In this document: positions 1-10,298 of the stretch, in pieces | Numbering within the stretch: the stretch's first letter is position 1 | Layout of the letters: every line of letters begins with the position of its first letter | NCBI GenBank assembly: GCA_963720565.1 | Contig: CAVRFW010000009.1 | Location: 128,001-192,000 of the forward strand | Direction: 5' to 3' | DNA from: Candidatus Bathyarchaeota archaeon | GTDB lineage: Archaea; Thermoproteota; Bathyarchaeia; Bathyarchaeales; Bathycorpusculaceae | Length of the DNA stretch: 64,000 nt | The notes under the pieces: generated by a model | Told to the model about the DNA's origin: nothing | Databases searched by the model: none | The model's input: only the letters and a program-made list of their open reading frames with translations | Program-made: the position numbers and the translations under genes

Positions 1-698
1 TCTTCTTCTCCGCTGAGGCCGGGGATAAATGGACTAGTCGTTGCTGACAACGCCCTGTGGATTGGTCGTGTTTCTCTGCCGAAAAAAGTTAAATCCTTCT
101 CGACTCTGACTAGGTTAGCGGTCACAGCATCTCTGACGATTGACTCGTTCAAGCCGCCCAGTTGTCTTTGTTCACGCTTGTCCTGCATGTCACCAAGTGC
201 GCCAACCAGAGCTATGGGTGACAAGTCGACGTTACTTGAATTGACTGCTTTAGCGACAAAATAAGACACTCCGGAACCGCTTACTTCAGTTGCTCCGTCA
301 ATGCCGTGCAGATGTGGATTTACCTGGATGAAGTTTTCGTTGTCGGTTTTTCCAATAATCTGGTGATGGTCAAGAATTAGGATTTTAAAGTCTGGTACCT
401 TTTCATCCAGCAATTCAAGGTAGCCGCTTCCAAAATCAGTTAGAATCACGAGTTGCGGCTTGTCAGCAATAATCTCGCCTATGATTTTCTCGTCAACCCA
501 CTGCGTTATCCTAACCCGGAATCTCGCGTCAAGTCGGAACAATGCTTTGCCAACTATTCCTGCAGCGGCAATGCCGTCTGCATCTAAGTGTGAAAAAACG
601 TGTATGAACCCGTCTTTGTCTACGGTTTCTAGAATTGCCTTGGCAGCTTCTGCGGCTGATTTCAAGAAGGCTTCAGGGGGATTTTGCTCTACTGTCAT
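1..698 (-). CDS. DHH-family phosphoesterase (RecJ-like); 3' end runs off the window
   Basis: Manual minus-strand translation from the ATG at 698 gives FSHLDADG, ILTDFGSG, LILDHHQ and GALGDMQD motifs; lies downstream of rps15, as often seen in archaea. Confidence 0.85.
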   Translation of the reverse strand, partial: MTVEQNPPEAFLKSAAEAAKAILETVDKDGFIHVFSHLDADGIAAAGIVGKALFRLDARFRVRITQWVDEKIIGEIIADKPQLVILTDFGSGYLELLDEKVPDFKILILDHHQIIGKTDNENFIQVNPHLHGIDGATEVSGSGVSYFVAKAVNSSNVDLSPIALVGALGDMQDKREQRQLGGLNESIVRDAVTANLVRVEKDLTFFGRETRPIHRALSATTSPFIPGLSGEE

Positions 699-797
699 GA
701 GTTTTCACTCTTGCCTAAGAACTGATTTGGACATTTAAAGCTGGCGATACAAACTTCTTGTGCCAAGGCACCTGTAAAAACCGGTCTTGTACAAGTT

Positions 798-1238
798 TCA
801 AGTTATTGAGGCAACTTTTGCTACGTACTTCCAGTTCTTGGGTAAGATGCCTTCTCGTTTGTAGTACCTTGAGAGCTTGTAGATTCTTCCTTCGATCATT
901 TGCATTGAGCGTTTGTTATGGAGGTCTTTCTTGTTTTTCTCAATGTGAACCCCAAGACTGTGTGCTTTCTTAATCAAGTTTGCTAAATCCTCAGGCATTG
1001 AGACTTTTAGTCCTGCATCTTCAAGAATGTCGCTCACGCTTTTGCCCGTTATCGGTTTTACCAAGGGAATAGCATACTGATCGCGGAGGATTGTTCCTAT
1101 GCTGCTGAGCGAGTGACCTTCCTTAGCGAGTCTGATGACGAATGCTTCTACTTCTTCAGGCTGATACTTGCACCAGCTAGGCGGTCGTCTGCTAACTGGA
1201 CGCGTTGAATGAGCCTTTCCTTTTTCCTGCTTTGGCAT
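798..1238 (-). CDS. rps15: 30S ribosomal protein S15 (uS15/S13e)
   Basis: HSTRP..PSW, IGTILRDQY, NKKDLHNKR, LSRYYKR motifs. Confidence 0.97.
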   Translation of the reverse strand: MPKQEKGKAHSTRPVSRRPPSWCKYQPEEVEAFVIRLAKEGHSLSSIGTILRDQYAIPLVKPITGKSVSDILEDAGLKVSMPEDLANLIKKAHSLGVHIEKNKKDLHNKRSMQMIEGRIYKLSRYYKREGILPKNWKYVAKVASIT

Positions 1239-1279
1239 CGATTATCACTTAAGCACTAAAATCCACAGTACACAAATTA

Positions 1280-1960
1280 TTAAAGATACTGGTGACTTTC
1301 ACGATTTACTTTTTCTGTTTTCTGCCTTAAGAACTGTGATCTGTCTCTAAATTTTTCATACCATTCTGCGAAGCGATGGACTGCTTTCGCCCGGTGAGAT
1401 ACCTCATTCTTCTCTTCAAGAGTCATTTCGGCAAATGTTTTATTGCTCTGTGAGGGTAGAAAAACAGGATCAAATCCGAAGACAGTCTTATTTTTGCCCC
1501 ATTTCTCCTCATTTGCTATTCTCCCAGCAACTTCTCCCATGAAGCGCACAGGCTCAGATTGTCCGTCATAGAACGCTATCGCTGACTGGAACGTGGCTTT
1601 CCGGTTCTGTGCACCTTCCATCAGCTTCAGTAATCCAGGGTTGCCTATTGTTTTGTAAACATATGATGCATAGGGTCCTGGAAAACCCTTTAGTGAGTCG
1701 ACGAACAATCCAGCGTCTTCTACCACAACTGGCAAATGGCAATGATTGAACGAGTCGATAACACTAGCAGTGGCGATTTCGGCTAGTATGTCGCTTTGAA
1801 TTTCCAGAGCTTTGACCCTGAGCATGCCTGCTGAAATGCCTTGTTTGGACAGGATGACACGGGCTTCGTTGAATTTGTGGAAATTGTTGGTAGCGAAAAA
1901 GACGACTCTGCCTTTCAACTTGAATTCTGAGCTATTCTTCTTCTCGTCTCTCTGCAACAT
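1280..1960 (-). CDS. rdgB: XTP/dITP diphosphatase (Ham1/RdgB)
   Basis: FATNNFHKFNE, EDAGLFV, FPGPY, FGFDPVF, KNEVSHRAKA. Confidence 0.95.
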   Translation of the reverse strand: MLQRDEKKNSSEFKLKGRVVFFATNNFHKFNEARVILSKQGISAGMLRVKALEIQSDILAEIATASVIDSFNHCHLPVVVEDAGLFVDSLKGFPGPYASYVYKTIGNPGLLKLMEGAQNRKATFQSAIAFYDGQSEPVRFMGEVAGRIANEEKWGKNKTVFGFDPVFLPSQSNKTFAEMTLEEKNEVSHRAKAVHRFAEWYEKFRDRSQFLRQKTEKVNRESHQYL

Positions 1961-2597
1961 AGCGCCCCCGTCGTTCTATTTGTTTGATTTTCTCTAAAAC
2001 CTTTGTTGTCTCTTCGGCACCCAGGACTTTTGAATATCCGTCAATTACGTTTTGGAAGCACTCTTCGGCAAACTTGTAATGTGTACTCTGCAGAGCCCTT
2101 TTCATTAGGTGTAGATCTACTCCTTTCGCCTCGAGTTCAATGCTTTTTTCCCCTAGTCCAAAGTCAACTAAGAAAACCTTGTCATCTGCGTTTAGAATCA
2201 TGTTTGAGGTCGTTAAGTCACCGTGAATAACGCCTTGCCCATGCAACTTTCCAATTAGCTCGCCTAACTTCATGCAAAGTTTTTTCCTCTCCTCAGTTGA
2301 GATTTTGTCGAGCAACTGCTTAACCTGGTTGCCTTCAATGAATTCCATCGTTATCGCTGCGTTGCTAATGTCTACGAGGAAAATCGTCGGCGTCGGTACT
2401 CCAGCCAACTTGGCTTCATGCATCAACTGTGACTCGTGGGCTGTCCGGTAGACTCGAATTTGTTCATCGAGTTCGGAGGGGCGATATTTTTTTGGAAACC
2501 GCATCTTAACAATGACTTTTCTGCCATGCCACTCCGCGAGGTAGAGTCTTGCCTCTGCCCCCTTCTTAATTAGGGTCTGAGACGCTACTTCAGCCAT
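1932..2597 (-). CDS. bud32: KEOPS kinase Bud32
   Basis: KGAEA, HGDLTTSN, DFGL, C-terminal RRGRY; adjacent to kae1. Confidence 0.95.
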   Translation of the reverse strand: MAEVASQTLIKKGAEARLYLAEWHGRKVIVKMRFPKKYRPSELDEQIRVYRTAHESQLMHEAKLAGVPTPTIFLVDISNAAITMEFIEGNQVKQLLDKISTEERKKLCMKLGELIGKLHGQGVIHGDLTTSNMILNADDKVFLVDFGLGEKSIELEAKGVDLHLMKRALQSTHYKFAEECFQNVIDGYSKVLGAEETTKVLEKIKQIERRGRYVAERREEE

Positions 2598-3601
2598 GGG
2601 ACATCAGCCTTCTCTACGCGCCATCTTAACTTCGCATAGCTATTCTCTAATGGTGTAACTACGCCGTTAGTATATGCTAGGACTCCGGTCCATGCAATCA
2701 TGGCACCGTTGTCTGTCGCAAACTCTTTTGGCACTGTGTTGAACAAGGCACCATGTTCTTCTGCGATAACTGCAATCATCGCCTGCAACCGTCTATTCGC
2801 TGCTACCCCTCCTGTCAGAAGGACTTCTCGTTTTTCAGTGTGCGCAAGTGCCCTTTCTGTTACTTCGGTAACCATCGAAAACGCGTGTTCTTGGAGGCTG
2901 TAGCACAAGTCTTCAAGTCTGAATTTTTCTTTGTGAAGCGCAGTAGTGGCTGCTGTGAGTAAACCGCTTAGTGAGATGTCCATGCCTTTCACCACGTATG
3001 GCAATGGGATCAGTTTATCGCCTTTTGCGGCTAATTGTTCTATAGCCGCTCCCAACGGTGTGCCCTTTTTGTGTTTGAGTCCTGCTTCTCTGGCGAACAC
3101 GTCTAGGCAGTTGCCAAGTGCAATGTCGAGTGTCTCGCCGAAAACCCGGTAGCGACCGCAGTCGTAAGCGGTTACCATGGTGTTTCCTCCGGAAACATAG
3201 AGTGTCACTGGGTCATGTGCCCCTGTCGTAAGTTTTCCTATTTCGATGTGAGCGATTGAATGGTTGACTCCTACGAGTGGTATGTTGAGGTACGACGATA
3301 GGGCTCTGGCCACGGTTGCCCCAGTCCGTAGGCATGGTCCTAAGCCAGGGCCTTGAGAGAACGCTACTATGTTCAAGTCTCGGGGTTTTACTTCTGCCTT
3401 GGTTAGCGCTTCGTTCAAAACCTCGTCTGCTGCTTCGGCGTGGTGTCTAGCAGCCTCTCTGGGGTGTATCCCGCCTTCTTCAGGTATGTAGCTGCTCGAA
3501 GCGTTAGCTACTATGTCTCCTTTGAAGGTAGAGATGCCAACGCCGAAGTCGTCCGCCGTGGATTCTATTCCAAGGCAGTATTCTTCAATAGCTCTTTTCA
3601 T
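2585..3601 (-). CDS. kae1: tRNA N6-threonylcarbamoyltransferase Kae1
   Basis: LGIESTA, GGIHPREAARHH, GPGLGPCL, VSGGNT, GETLDIALGN, DNGAMIA; start placed at MKRAIEE. Confidence 0.96.
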   Translation of the reverse strand: MKRAIEEYCLGIESTADDFGVGISTFKGDIVANASSSYIPEEGGIHPREAARHHAEAADEVLNEALTKAEVKPRDLNIVAFSQGPGLGPCLRTGATVARALSSYLNIPLVGVNHSIAHIEIGKLTTGAHDPVTLYVSGGNTMVTAYDCGRYRVFGETLDIALGNCLDVFAREAGLKHKKGTPLGAAIEQLAAKGDKLIPLPYVVKGMDISLSGLLTAATTALHKEKFRLEDLCYSLQEHAFSMVTEVTERALAHTEKREVLLTGGVAANRRLQAMIAVIAEEHGALFNTVPKEFATDNGAMIAWTGVLAYTNGVVTPLENSYAKLRWRVEKADVPWLK

Positions 3602-3692
3602 CACGCCTTTTCCTTCGTGCTTTCTACTGTTTTCTAGAGTACATATTTTTATCTGAAGTCTGTACATATATTCAATGTGACGTTCGGAACTG

Positions 3693-4103
3693 ATGGTTAT
3701 GCCTAAGCGTAATGATCTGGAACAGAAAGCCCTTCACTTCGTTATAAACACGGGCTATTCTGGTGTTCTTCAGTCGGAATTATGGCGAGAACTAGGCGCT
3801 AGCAGCCGGGAAGGATCTAGAGTAGCGATAAAACTAGAGGAAAAAGGGTTAGTCCGCCGAGAAAAAGAATTGGAAGGCGGAAGATGGACATATCGGCTTT
3901 TCCCCAAGAGACTACCTGCATCAATAGAATCAATTGTCGACTGCCCGTGTCTCTTGTGCCAAGATAACGCAAGATGCGACCCGACGACGACGATTTCCCC
4001 CAAGACCTGCGCAAAGCTTACCGACTGGATCTTATCTTTAGACAAAAGCAGTCCAGACGCGCTAGGTGACACGGATTTTGCCCAAAGCATGGATTCAAGA
4101 TAG
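3693..4103 (+). CDS. TFE-beta / RPC34-like transcription factor (winged helix plus Cys-rich Fe-S domain)
   Basis: N-terminal wHTH (GVLQSELWRELGASSREGSR) and C-terminal CPCLLC-x5-C-x10-C cluster. Confidence 0.7.
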   Translation: MVMPKRNDLEQKALHFVINTGYSGVLQSELWRELGASSREGSRVAIKLEEKGLVRREKELEGGRWTYRLFPKRLPASIESIVDCPCLLCQDNARCDPTTTISPKTCAKLTDWILSLDKSSPDALGDTDFAQSMDSR

Positions 4104-4710
4104 ACAACGAGATTATTATTACAAGAAAGCGAAGGCAGAAAACTACCGTTCAAGGGCTACCTACAAGCTGTCTCAAACGGTGGATAAATACCAGTTTATA
4201 CGAAGAGACGACATTGTGGTCGATTTGGGTGCTGCTCCTGGGGGATGGATACAAGCTGCTAGAAAAGTAGCTGGTAAGCGAGGTTTCGTTCTTGGGGTGG
4301 ACTTGAAACCGATTGATCCATTTACACAAGAGTATATACGGACGATCGTTGGCGATATGACTGATCCTGAAATGCCTCACATAATTGAGAGTTTTCTGCC
4401 TAGAAAGGCAGATGTCGTAATTTCAGATGCTTCGCCGAATATTTCGGGAATATGGGAGGTCGATAATGCTCGGCAGATAGACTTAGCAACCCAGGCTCTA
4501 AACATAGCCACCTGCACGTTGCGCCCCGGAGGCAACTTTTTTGTCAAGGTTTTCGAAGGCAAAATGCTTGATGGTTTCATAAAGAAAGTTCAAGCGCGTT
4601 TCGAGGAAGTCAAAATTATTAAGCCAAAGGCAAGTAGGGCTCAGAGCTCCGAAATGTACCTTTTGGCGATGAATCTGAAATCAAGCAGCCGAAAAGAAGA
4701 GCAAAGCTAA
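4066..4710 (+). CDS. rlmE: 23S rRNA 2'-O-methyltransferase RlmE/FtsJ
   Basis: YRSRATYKL, DLGAAPGGW, SDASPN, KPKASR..SSEMY. Confidence 0.95.
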   Translation: MTRILPKAWIQDRQRDYYYKKAKAENYRSRATYKLSQTVDKYQFIRRDDIVVDLGAAPGGWIQAARKVAGKRGFVLGVDLKPIDPFTQEYIRTIVGDMTDPEMPHIIESFLPRKADVVISDASPNISGIWEVDNARQIDLATQALNIATCTLRPGGNFFVKVFEGKMLDGFIKKVQARFEEVKIIKPKASRAQSSEMYLLAMNLKSSSRKEEQS

Positions 4711-4731
4711 TTCTTAACCAACGCTTATTCT

Positions 4732-5442
4732 ATGCACGGGGTGGATTACTTGAAAGTTGTTTCAGCAGATTCTTCAGCTGCTATACTTGATGATAAGTTT
4801 AGACCGTTACGACTTATCGCATCAGCTTCAGTTCTGGCTGAACCCCCATACAGAGAAGCTGACTTGCGTTTGGCTGAGCCGATTTTCAGGGAAGTAGAGA
4901 ATAGCTATGATGTGATAGTGCATGAGGCAGAGCTTTGCAGTGACCTACTTGGCAAAGTGAAAGCCGACGTTGTGCATCTTGATATTTCATTAGGTGCTGT
5001 TTCGATTGAAGAGTTGTCGCCGGTTCAGCTCGCAAATATGAAAATTTCCAAGCAAGCCCGGCAAAATATTCTGAGAATGCTGCCTAAGCTGCGAAAAATC
5101 GCGGGTGAAATTCAGAGAGTCTACGGATTGGAGGTGTTGGCGATTGGCAAAGAAAGTGTTCCAGTAAGGATTGCGGAGCTTACCGCTGGAGCTGAAGCCA
5201 TATTGTTCGCTTGCGCAAAAGTTGCGGAAGAGAAAGAGTCTGTTCTTCTTGGTTTGCCAACGAATTGCCAGCCAATCATATTTGGAAATAGGATCTATTT
5301 GAATTCGCTCTTGCCCTCTGAACACGATGTCCGCGGTTACGCCGAAGATGCGGTGGGAGTCTTAAAAAAAGTTAATATCTTGGAAACGCTAAACCCATGT
5401 GCGCGAGGTTTTCGCGCTCTGAGAATACGTTCAATGAGCTAG
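4732..5442 (+). CDS. Conserved archaeal protein (DUF4152-like)
   Basis: VVSADSSAAILD, DVVHLD, AIGKESVPVRIAEL. Confidence 0.65.
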   Translation: MHGVDYLKVVSADSSAAILDDKFRPLRLIASASVLAEPPYREADLRLAEPIFREVENSYDVIVHEAELCSDLLGKVKADVVHLDISLGAVSIEELSPVQLANMKISKQARQNILRMLPKLRKIAGEIQRVYGLEVLAIGKESVPVRIAELTAGAEAILFACAKVAEEKESVLLGLPTNCQPIIFGNRIYLNSLLPSEHDVRGYAEDAVGVLKKVNILETLNPCARGFRALRIRSMS

Positions 5443-6011
5443 AAACAAGGAGGGTGTTTGAAGTGATTCCTTCAATTTGGAGTAGTGCTTCGCCGAGGCG
5501 CAAGAGAATCTACTCTGTGCTTGCGGTTTTCATTGTGTCAGTAATATTTACTTCAATAGGTAGTTTGATGCCAGTTGACCCTGAACTAGCACAGCAGATT
5601 AGCGATGAACTTAACCAAACGACCACTGTGGCAACTCAGAGCGGAATGCTAACACAATACATTCTGGGTAACAACTTCTTAATATGCCTCATAATGTTTA
5701 TCCCGGTATTGGGACCGATTTTTGGATTATTCGTGCTCTTCAACACAGGCATGGCTGTTAGCGCCATTGCCCTTGTCGAAGGGTATCCCTCAATTCTAGT
5801 TTTGTTCGCACTGGTAGTGACTCCGGTGTTTTGGCTGGAATTCATTGCTTACTCAGTTGCCATGGCTGGGAGTGTTTGGCTGTTTCGCCGGGCCCTACAA
5901 CGGCGAGGTTGGCATGAACTCAGAAACACTTGCATATTTGTTTCATTATGCGCGGTATTGCTCGCTATAGGCGCTGTAGTAGAAGCGGCGCTGATTGCTT
6001 TTGGAGCATGA
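5397..6011 (+). CDS. SpoIIM-like membrane protein
   Basis: Multiple TM segments; ILGNN, NTG, LEFIAYS, LLAIGAVVEA; true start probably a little downstream. Confidence 0.7.
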   Translation: MCARFSRSENTFNELETRRVFEVIPSIWSSASPRRKRIYSVLAVFIVSVIFTSIGSLMPVDPELAQQISDELNQTTTVATQSGMLTQYILGNNFLICLIMFIPVLGPIFGLFVLFNTGMAVSAIALVEGYPSILVLFALVVTPVFWLEFIAYSVAMAGSVWLFRRALQRRGWHELRNTCIFVSLCAVLLAIGAVVEAALIAFGA

Positions 6012-6058
6012 AAAGCCAGAAATACTGCGGAGTGAGTTGAGTTTGCCTTTTTCCTTTC

Positions 6059-6931
6059 TTAGATAGGTTTGATTTCCAAACTGACATCCAACGCTCTAAC
6101 ACTGTGAGTGATTTCTCCAAGGCTTATGATGTTGACCTGTGTTTGCGCGTATTCTAAGAGGTTCTCTTGTGTAATTCCACCGCTTGCTTCCAGAAGGATT
6201 TTTTCGTGGAATCCAGCTTCTTTTAGCAGTCCAATGGTTTCTCGGATTAGTTTTGGGGAAAAATTGTCGAGCATAATTACGTCGGCTCCAGCTTTCGCTG
6301 CTTTCAAGGCGTCAGCAACTTTGGTGACTTCTACCTCAATTTTCTTGGTGAAAGAAGTGTTCTGCTTCGCCAGTTGCACTGCTGTCTCGATGTTTTCAGA
6401 GACTGCAAGATGATTGTCTTTGATTAAGACCATATCGTCTAAGTGTAGCCTATGGGTGTCGCCGCCTCCGATAAACACGGCTTTTTTGTCAAAGTAAAGA
6501 AGTCCAGGCGCAGTTTTGCGTGTTGCCGCAATTCGCGTGTCCAAACGGGCTTTTCTCACCTTTTCCACGAGTCTCCTCGTTGCCGTAGCTATGCCGCTCA
6601 TGCGTGAGAGAAGGTTCAACATTGTTCGTTCAGCTGAGAGAATCGTTCTTGCGTCTCCAAAAATCTTCAGCGTAACCTGCCCTTTCTTCGTTTCTTCTCC
6701 ATCCGAAACCAGGACTTTGACGCTTAAACCTAAACTTTCAGCAAGAATTGTAGTTTCCTCGATTCCTGCCGCAACTCCTGCTTCCTTAGATACAACCTCA
6801 GCCTCAGCCGTCAGGTCACTGGAAACAAGGGCGGCCGTGGTAACATCGCCTTGCCCAACATCGTCGGCTAGCAGTTGTCTTAGTTTTTCTTCCAAAACCT
6901 TTCGCGGAACAAACATGGTTTGTATTCTCAT
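6059..6931 (-). CDS. nadC: Quinolinate phosphoribosyltransferase
   Basis: ERTMLN, TRKTAPG, HRLHLDD, IKDNH, MLDN, EASGGI. Confidence 0.96.
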   Translation of the reverse strand: MRIQTMFVPRKVLEEKLRQLLADDVGQGDVTTAALVSSDLTAEAEVVSKEAGVAAGIEETTILAESLGLSVKVLVSDGEETKKGQVTLKIFGDARTILSAERTMLNLLSRMSGIATATRRLVEKVRKARLDTRIAATRKTAPGLLYFDKKAVFIGGGDTHRLHLDDMVLIKDNHLAVSENIETAVQLAKQNTSFTKKIEVEVTKVADALKAAKAGADVIMLDNFSPKLIRETIGLLKEAGFHEKILLEASGGITQENLLEYAQTQVNIISLGEITHSVRALDVSLEIKPI

Positions 6932-7007
6932 CTTCTGAGCTTAAAACCCTTGCTTCATCAAGTCTTTTGGAGATAAATAAATTAAATCCACGCACGCACA
7001 TGTTCCT

Positions 7008-8153
7008 ATGCGTCTGATGATAAGCTGCGCCGAACTAGGCTTAGGGCACGTTTCCCGTATTATACCGTTAGGCAGGAAACTCGAGGAGAAAGGACATGAA
7101 CTGTTCTTTTTCTCAGGAGGCAAAGCTTATCAACTTCTGCAGAAAGAATTCGAAAACGTTTACCCATGCACGCCCGTCGCGTGGTACGAAAACTCACACG
7201 GCATAGTCACTTCAGCCTCGATAATAAACGCGCTTTTTTCTTTACCACGCTACAACTACGAGAAACGCGCCTTCGAAGTTAAAAGCTCAAGCGCAATGGA
7301 AACCATTCATCGATACTACGACCTTAGAAGAGACATCAGGAAAATCAAGCCTGACCTGCTGATTTCAGACGGTGACATACATGCTCTTCGACTTTCTGGA
7401 AGATGGAAAATCCCCTCTGTTTACATAGCTAACTTGATAAGACCGACGTACGGCTTCTCTGCTCTGCTGAGCCCTGGCGAACGATTTGTCGAACGGTACG
7501 TGAAACAATGCAGCAAAATTATTGTTCCTGACAATCCGCCCCCAAACACGGTTTCGGAGTATAATTTGGGTGATTTGAGCGGCATGGGCATAGCGGATAA
7601 AGTTGAATTCGTAGGCGCTTTTTTTGACACCACCCCTGTGGACGGATCGGAAGAACACATCTATGCACCTATAAGCGGACCGTTTGGAACGAGGGCGAAA
7701 CTGGAGAAAATCATACTTCCCGTTCTAGAAGAGAATCGCGGTAAGAGCATTGTTAGTTTGGGTGTACCTGGCGAGATGCGGACAAGAAGAACAGGCAATT
7801 GCGAGGTACATACTTGGCTAAGTCTGCGAGAACGCGAAGAATGCATGAGAAAGGCCAAATTAGTAATATTCAGCGGTGGGCATGCAACTTGTTTTGAAAC
7901 AATAAAGTATGGCAAACCTAGCATCTGTGTTCCGACACAGCCTGAGCAGAGGGGTAACGCGGCGAAACTTCAGAGCCTTAACTGCTCGATAACGGCTAAT
8001 AACGAGAAAGAGCTCCGTTTAGCTATCCAAGAAATTGAAGATAACTACGGGTTTTTCAAACAGAATGTTACTGTGCTTAACACTTGGTCTAACAGGTTCA
8101 GTGGTGTAGATCGAGCCGTTGAAATCATCGGAGAAACCCTTAGAGGATCGTAG
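7008..8153 (+). CDS. GT-B glycosyltransferase (MurG-like / MJ1255 type)
   Basis: GLGHVSR N-terminal motif; GGHATCFE and PTQPEQRGNA. Confidence 0.8.
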   Translation: MRLMISCAELGLGHVSRIIPLGRKLEEKGHELFFFSGGKAYQLLQKEFENVYPCTPVAWYENSHGIVTSASIINALFSLPRYNYEKRAFEVKSSSAMETIHRYYDLRRDIRKIKPDLLISDGDIHALRLSGRWKIPSVYIANLIRPTYGFSALLSPGERFVERYVKQCSKIIVPDNPPPNTVSEYNLGDLSGMGIADKVEFVGAFFDTTPVDGSEEHIYAPISGPFGTRAKLEKIILPVLEENRGKSIVSLGVPGEMRTRRTGNCEVHTWLSLREREECMRKAKLVIFSGGHATCFETIKYGKPSICVPTQPEQRGNAAKLQSLNCSITANNEKELRLAIQEIEDNYGFFKQNVTVLNTWSNRFSGVDRAVEIIGETLRGS

Positions 8154-8157
8154 TTCT

Positions 8158-8802
8158 CTACTTCGATTCCAAGAGCACAGATTTAATGTTGCCTTCTGGT
8201 GTTTCCTCTTCAAAGATTATGGCTTGGAACTTGTATATCTTGACGCCTTTTGTTAACCAGCTGTCGAACGGTAGCCCAGCTTTGCCACAGCATTGACAGA
8301 GGAATTCTTCTCCGTTCCAATTCCACTCCACCGGTACCTGAGGAAGAAGAAGTCCTTTAAAATAGCCTTTCTCAACAATTAACCCATCTTCCCCAACCTT
8401 GATTTTGGTTGGGTACTCCTCTGGTTTTTTGACTTCTATAAGCTCTGGCGGTGTTAGCACGCTTACTTCAAAGACGATCTTTCCAAGCTCTTTAAGAGAC
8501 AGCGGATGGAACCGTGGGTCCTGAGTTGCTGCGTTTATAGCTGAATCGATAACTGCTTCCACAAGAGGACTTGTGGGGTACGGGTAACCTATGCAGCCTC
8601 GAAGTTGTTTTTGTCCTTCCTCCTTAATGCTTAGTGTGACGAAGACTCCGCAGTGTTCCCAGAGCTTTTTCGGAGTGCTCTTCGGAGGGCTAATGGTTTT
8701 CCTTGTTTCTAAGTAATGTTTCACTGAATTTCGGGCAAGCTTGATTAAGAATTTTCCTTCTTCGAGGTTTAATTCGAAAGGCAAGCTTATGTCCCCTATC
8801 AC
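8158..8802 (-). CDS. AMMECR1-family protein
   Basis: GVFVTL, LRGCIG, DPRF, EVSVLT, GLLLPQV. Confidence 0.92.
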   Translation of the reverse strand: MIGDISLPFELNLEEGKFLIKLARNSVKHYLETRKTISPPKSTPKKLWEHCGVFVTLSIKEEGQKQLRGCIGYPYPTSPLVEAVIDSAINAATQDPRFHPLSLKELGKIVFEVSVLTPPELIEVKKPEEYPTKIKVGEDGLIVEKGYFKGLLLPQVPVEWNWNGEEFLCQCCGKAGLPFDSWLTKGVKIYKFQAIIFEEETPEGNIKSVLLESK

Positions 8803-8868
8803 AATTCTTGTCTTGATGTAGATAAGCTTGTAGTTTGAGTTTTGAACGTTATGAAAAAGAGAAGATTG

Positions 8869-9504
8869 CTAGAATTTTATTGAGTCTTCTGCTACTCCGT
8901 CTTTGGTTATGATTAGGAAATCAATGCCGTCTCCGCTCATTGCATCTCTGCTTATGGCTGATTTTATGGATCTTATAACCAATTCTTTCGCGTCTTTGAT
9001 TTTCATGCCTTCTTTGTAGCCTTCTTCCAAGACACCCATAGCGATTTCTGTTCCAGACCCCACTACTGCATACTTGTCAGGTATTAACGAGCCCAAGACA
9101 TCGAGAACATAGAGTGAAGCGCCTTCCCCGTCTAAACCGCCAACGATTGTTTGCGTTATCAAGGGTGCATAACGGCGGTTGAAGAGGATGTTTGCCATTA
9201 GCTTAGCTGCGGAGCGAACCGAAATCGGTCTGCCCACGTCCATGCTGAAGAGTTCAGCTTGTGCTTCCACTTCTCTAGCGAGGATTTGCATATCGCCTAC
9301 TAGTCCGGCGCATGCTACGCCTATCTGACTGGTGATTTTGAAGACTTTTTTGCCGCCTTTACTGGCAATAAAGTTACCGTATGTTACTCTTTTTTCAGCA
9401 GCGAGTATGACTCCATCGTGGCAGACCACTCCTACTGTGGTTGCGCCGGGAACCCATGCCAAACCGCCTTGCTGAGCTTGTGTTTGCGGTCCATATCCTT
9501 CCAT
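8869..9504 (-). CDS. psmB: 20S proteasome beta subunit, probably non-catalytic
   Basis: GATTVG, AAEKRVT, AGLVGDMQ, GSG, SRDAMSGDG. Confidence 0.93.
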   Translation of the reverse strand: MEGYGPQTQAQQGGLAWVPGATTVGVVCHDGVILAAEKRVTYGNFIASKGGKKVFKITSQIGVACAGLVGDMQILAREVEAQAELFSMDVGRPISVRSAAKLMANILFNRRYAPLITQTIVGGLDGEGASLYVLDVLGSLIPDKYAVVGSGTEIAMGVLEEGYKEGMKIKDAKELVIRSIKSAISRDAMSGDGIDFLIITKDGVAEDSIKF

Positions 9505-9650
9505 GTTTTTTCGCCTTTTCCCGTTGATATACACAAGACGAATTATTAAGCTTACTTATGCAGTTCTGGGAGTAATAGCAGCCATTACGAGGCGTTAAAG
9601 TAACGGCTATAAGGAGTAGATACGCTTTAGGTAAATGGAGAAAGAAGAGA

Positions 9651-10241
9651 ATGATTGGGATCTATACCAAAGAATTCTCCAGCGTGTGGGTCGGAGTTGC
9701 TTGTGACGATCAACGGGTTTTTGGTGTGTATTTCGCTTGTTGCGAGGGGTCTGTTTGTCTCGGTCTTTTGGAGTGTTTGCCTTTCGGGGTCTCGTTTCAG
9801 GTTTTTCGGAATCTTTCCCCGTTTGCGGAGCAGGTTATTGCGTGGGTGAAGGATGTTTATGACGGAAAAGATGTTTCCCGCGGCTTTTGTTTGGCGATGG
9901 AGCATTTGCCAACTTACACCCGGCGAGTTCTTGAAGTTACTTCGGCGATTCCTGTGGGTTATGTGGCTTCTTATGGCGAGATAGCTAAAGCGGCAGGTGG
10001 CGGGGCAAGGGCTGTGGGCAATGTTATGGCGCGGAATCCTTTTGCTCCCGTAGTTCCTTGTCATAGGGTGGTTGGTTCAAATCTTCATTTGGGAGGATAC
10101 AGCGGGGGTTTGGATGCGAAGCTTGCGTTCTTGGGTCGCGAAAAACGTGGTTTCACGAATCCTTGCGACATCAGCGTTGCGGGAGGAACACTTCAGGTCT
10201 TTCCGGTTGAATTCTTGCTGGGAAAACTTGGGAAGAGTTAG
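9651..10241 (+). CDS. ogt: O6-methylguanine-DNA methyltransferase
   Basis: IPVGYVASYG, ARAVG, PCHRV active site. Confidence 0.92.
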   Translation: MIGIYTKEFSSVWVGVACDDQRVFGVYFACCEGSVCLGLLECLPFGVSFQVFRNLSPFAEQVIAWVKDVYDGKDVSRGFCLAMEHLPTYTRRVLEVTSAIPVGYVASYGEIAKAAGGGARAVGNVMARNPFAPVVPCHRVVGSNLHLGGYSGGLDAKLAFLGREKRGFTNPCDISVAGGTLQVFPVEFLLGKLGKS

Positions 10242-10298
10242 CTTTTTCTTTGTGAAGTCTTTATCAGGTCGTTCGAGCAATAGAACGACAAAGAAGGC

